Assembly (NCBI GenBank): GCA_002269645.1
Contig: NIVC01001149.1
Coordinates: forward strand, 1-64,000
DNA length: 64,000 nucleotides
Source: Macrostomum lignano
Taxonomy: Eukaryota
Reading direction: 5' to 3'
The notes below the pieces were generated by a model that saw only the letters and a program-made list of their open reading frames with translations, had not been told where the DNA came from and did not search any database. Every line of letters starts with the position of its first letter. Within the stretch, counting starts at the first letter, position 1. Positions 61,018 through 64,000 of this stretch are shown piece after piece. The position numbers and the translations under genes are program-made.

Positions 61018-62314
61018 GGTAGGCTGATTTACAGTGCGATTTTCAGAGAAAATTGGACTCTTAGAGTAGAGAATGGATTCATCAAAGCTATTTGAAGTGG
61101 CATTATAATTGCTAACACAGAGACAATGGGCTTTCAATACAGAACCCGCGACGGGTTTGCACAGCTGCGCTGATTGGAATCCGTGGGCTGCTGCCATTGC
61201 GTTAAATCCCACAGCTGCATCGTCTGTTTAATTTATTTTAACTGTAGCACTGAATTCCTAGGCTTTTCGAATACAGCTGCACGCGCTCAAGGCCACAACG
61301 TTCGCTCCGTTGCCCTGCCGCTGTTGGCCACTGCAGCAGTGACGCGGATCTGCACCGTCTTGGCCACTTGGACGTCGCGGCATTCACTTGCACAAGGTGC
61401 AATTAATTTAATTGCGCTAAAACAGCTAACAATGTCAAATTCATCACTTACTTGTCCTCAGTTGTGTTTAGTGAGCCCTGCAGATTCATGTAGGATCTGG
61501 CTGGTCCCCTTCGGGATGGCATCGAAGGCACCCAACTTGTTGCTGACTTGAATATAGCGGCATTTTCGCACCTGCTGCTCAAACAGCTGTCGGTTATTGC
61601 TGGCTGAGGGAGGGGTAGCTCTGCAATTCCGCTGTTGCTGCAACTGTGTCCGGCATGTCAGGTCGGGTGAGGCGGAAGCAGTAACGGATGCCATTCAGCA
61701 GCAATTCAGGGTCATGGATCGTCAGTCATCAGTTGTCAGACGGGCCTGCTGCGCTGTAGTTTGAGTACCCCAGCCGGGACGCAATTTAGTTTAATGACGT
61801 GCTGATTTAGCGCTGGTGCGCTCGTAGCAGGAGAAGCAGACATACCGGAACCTGCGGTCGCGCTAAATGCAGCCGTTGTGGTTGTTGGACTTCACGCCCC
61901 CAGCTGTCCCCCTTCCGTATCGTCGGCCCAATCTGAGCTTTGAGTTGGTCCACTGCAGGTTGCTGATTGCAGGTTTGCGTCGCTGATTAACTTGGACTTG
62001 GATTTTTTTATCATCAGTTGGTTAGTACAGTATTACACTCGTAATGCGCCGATAGCAATATTCGCTCGTAAATCCAATGGGATCAAGAGATTTACATCAG
62101 TGGACAGAATTTGATGGGTTTGTAACCTGGGTTTTGGCTTTAAAAGCATTTGCTATTCCTCTACATGTAAGAGTATTGATAATTGATTTCACCTGCCCTA
62201 ATAGACAGATGTGCAACCGACAGCTCAGCCGCAGCTATTGTGCGGTGCATCTGAAGGCCGCGTACGGCTGTTCGGGGTTGCCACACACACCCTCAATTAC
62301 TTCAGGTAGAGTTT

Positions 62315-62620
62315 AGATTCCTCAGGTAGGGTTCAGATTCCTCAGGTAGGGTTCAGATTCCTCAGGTAGGGTTCAGATTCCTCAGGTAGGGTTCAGATTC
62401 CTCAGGTAGGGTTCAGATTCCTCAGGTAGGGTTCAGATTCCTCAGGTAGGGTTCAGATTCCTCAGGTAGGGTTCAGATTCCTCAGGTAGGGTTCAGATTC
62501 TTCAGGTAGGGTTTGGATTCTTCAGGTAGGGTTTGGATTCTTCAGGTAGGGTTCAGATTCCTCAGGTAGGGTTCAGATTCTTCAGGTAGGGTTTGGATTC
62601 TTCAGGTAGGGTTCAGATTG
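62315..62620. repeat. 20 bp minisatellite
   Basis: Unit CCTCAGGTAGGGTTCAGATT. Confidence 0.95.
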
Positions 62621-62789
62621 TATGAAATTCCATGGCTCAATGTTCATTTGTGACTGCTAAAAGCTCGTTAAATGCATTGCAGGCCCTGCAGCTTCAGACC
62701 TGATAGCTTGGAATGCATTTTATTACCAAATATGTATATGGGATATCATGCTCGCTTCTTTGTTGCATCAGCTGCTTCCCTTTCTTACA

Positions 62790-63556
62790 GTCTCTCTTCC
62801 TCTCTCCCTTTCTCTCTCCCTCCTCTCCCTCTCTCCCTCCTCTCCCTCTCTCCCTCCTCTCCCTCTCTCCCTCCTCTCCCTCTCTCCCTCCTCTCCCTCC
62901 TCTCCCTCCTCTCCCTCTCTCCCTCCTCTCCCTCTCTTCCTCCTCTCCCTCTCTCCCTCCTCTCCCTCCTCTCCCTCCTCTCCCTCTCTCCCTCCTCTCC
63001 CTCTCTCCCTCCTCTCCCTCTCTCCCTCCTCTCCCTCCTCTCCCTCCTCTCCCTCTCTCCCTCCTCTCCCTCTCTTCCTCCTCTCCCTCTCTCCCTCCTC
63101 TCCCTCCTCTCCCTCTCTCCCTCCTCTCCCTCTCTTCCTCCTCTCCCTCTCTTCCTCCTCTCCCTCTCTCCCTCCTCTCCCTCTCTCCCTCCTCTCCCTC
63201 CTCTCCCTCTCTCCCTCTCTCCCTCCTCTCCCTCCTCTCCCTCCTCTCCCTCTCTCCCTCCTCTCCCTCTCTTCCTCCTCTCCCTCTCTTCCTCCTCTCC
63301 CTCTCTCCCTCCTCTCCCTCTCTTCCTCCTCTCCCTCTCTTCCTCCTCTCCCTCTCTTCCTCCTCTCCCTCTCTTCCTCCTCTCCCTCTCTTCCTCCTCT
63401 CCCTCTCTTCCTCCTCTCCCTCTCTTCCTCCTCTCCCTCTCTTTCTCTTCTCCCTCCTCTCCTCTCTCCCTCCTCTCCCTCTCTTCCTCCTCTCCCTCTC
63501 TTTCTCTTCTCCCTCCTCTCCCTCTCTCCCTCCTCTCCCTCTCTTCCTCCTCTCCC
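62790..63556. repeat. Polypyrimidine (CCT/CT) tract
   Basis: Only C/T on the + strand for ~770 bp. Confidence 0.97.
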
Positions 63557-63828
63557 AATTAGGGACAGAATTTACCTTGATTTTGCTCCCAACTAGCTCG
63601 TATATAGATAGACTGTAAAAAATTAACCCGCAGTGACACGCACTAATCCAACGAAAACCATCACTGACCTAATCCAAGTGTCGATCAGTGACCCGCTTAA
63701 TGGCAAGTGATCTTCACTGACCCGAACTAATCCAAGTGGCCTTCAGTAACAGGCATTAATCCAAGTGGCCGTTAGTGAACTGCACTAATCCAATTGACCA
63801 TCAGTGACCCGAACTAATCCAAGTGACC

Positions 63829-64000
63829 ACTACACAGATCTGGAGGCCGGACAGAATTACCTGAAATTTGCTCCCCACTACACAGATCTGGAGGCCGGAC
63901 AGAATTACCTGAAATTTGCTCCCCACTACACAGATCTGGAGGCCGGACAGAATTACCTGAAATTTGCTCCCCACTACACAGATCTGGAGGCCGGACAGAA
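63829..64000. repeat. 48 bp tandem repeat running off the window end
   Basis: Unit ACTACACAGATCTGGAGGCCGGACAGAATTACCTGAAATTTGCTCCCC, ~3.5 copies. It is preceded by a degenerate ACTAATCCAAGTG array (63640-63830). Confidence 0.92.

Noticed and set aside
62672-63618. Pro/Ser/Leu or Glu/Arg ORFs
   Set aside because: Artefacts of the C/T tract.
63829-64000. 48-bp repeat as coding (YTDLEAGQNYLKFAPH)n
   Set aside because: No start, splice site or flanking exon is visible, and open frames are common in such arrays.

Overview
Eukaryotic (animal) genomic DNA. GC-rich coding exons sit among introns and spacers packed with mini/microsatellites, and there is an interstitial TTAGGG tract. The style suggests a free-living flatworm such as Macrostomum (inference only). 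Supported genes: a 10-exon nuclear-basket nucleoporin Tpr/Megator (+, 10609-24368, one -1 frameshift in the last exon); a TRAF-type RING/zf-TRAF gene with no visible MATH domain (+, 26137-28019); a 9-exon, phase-consistent 694-aa gene fusing two ankyrin-repeat blocks to an intact caspase domain (-, 49050-53411); a partial tandem duplicate of that gene's 3' end (-, 45754-46457); and a 2-exon secreted WSC + PAN/Apple-like gene (-, 60217-61017). Mobile DNA: a decayed hAT transposase, a Crypton-type tyrosine-recombinase element with perfect 32-bp terminal inverted repeats, a hAT-type MITE with an 8-bp TSD carrying a 21-bp array, the 5' half of a Ty3/Gypsy element, tRNA-derived SINEs, and Helitron-like 5' ends. 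The best candidate for novel biology is the ankyrin-caspase and its duplicated, possibly alternative, catalytic last exon. All gene models were built by hand from splice sites and reading-frame phase; no database searches were run.
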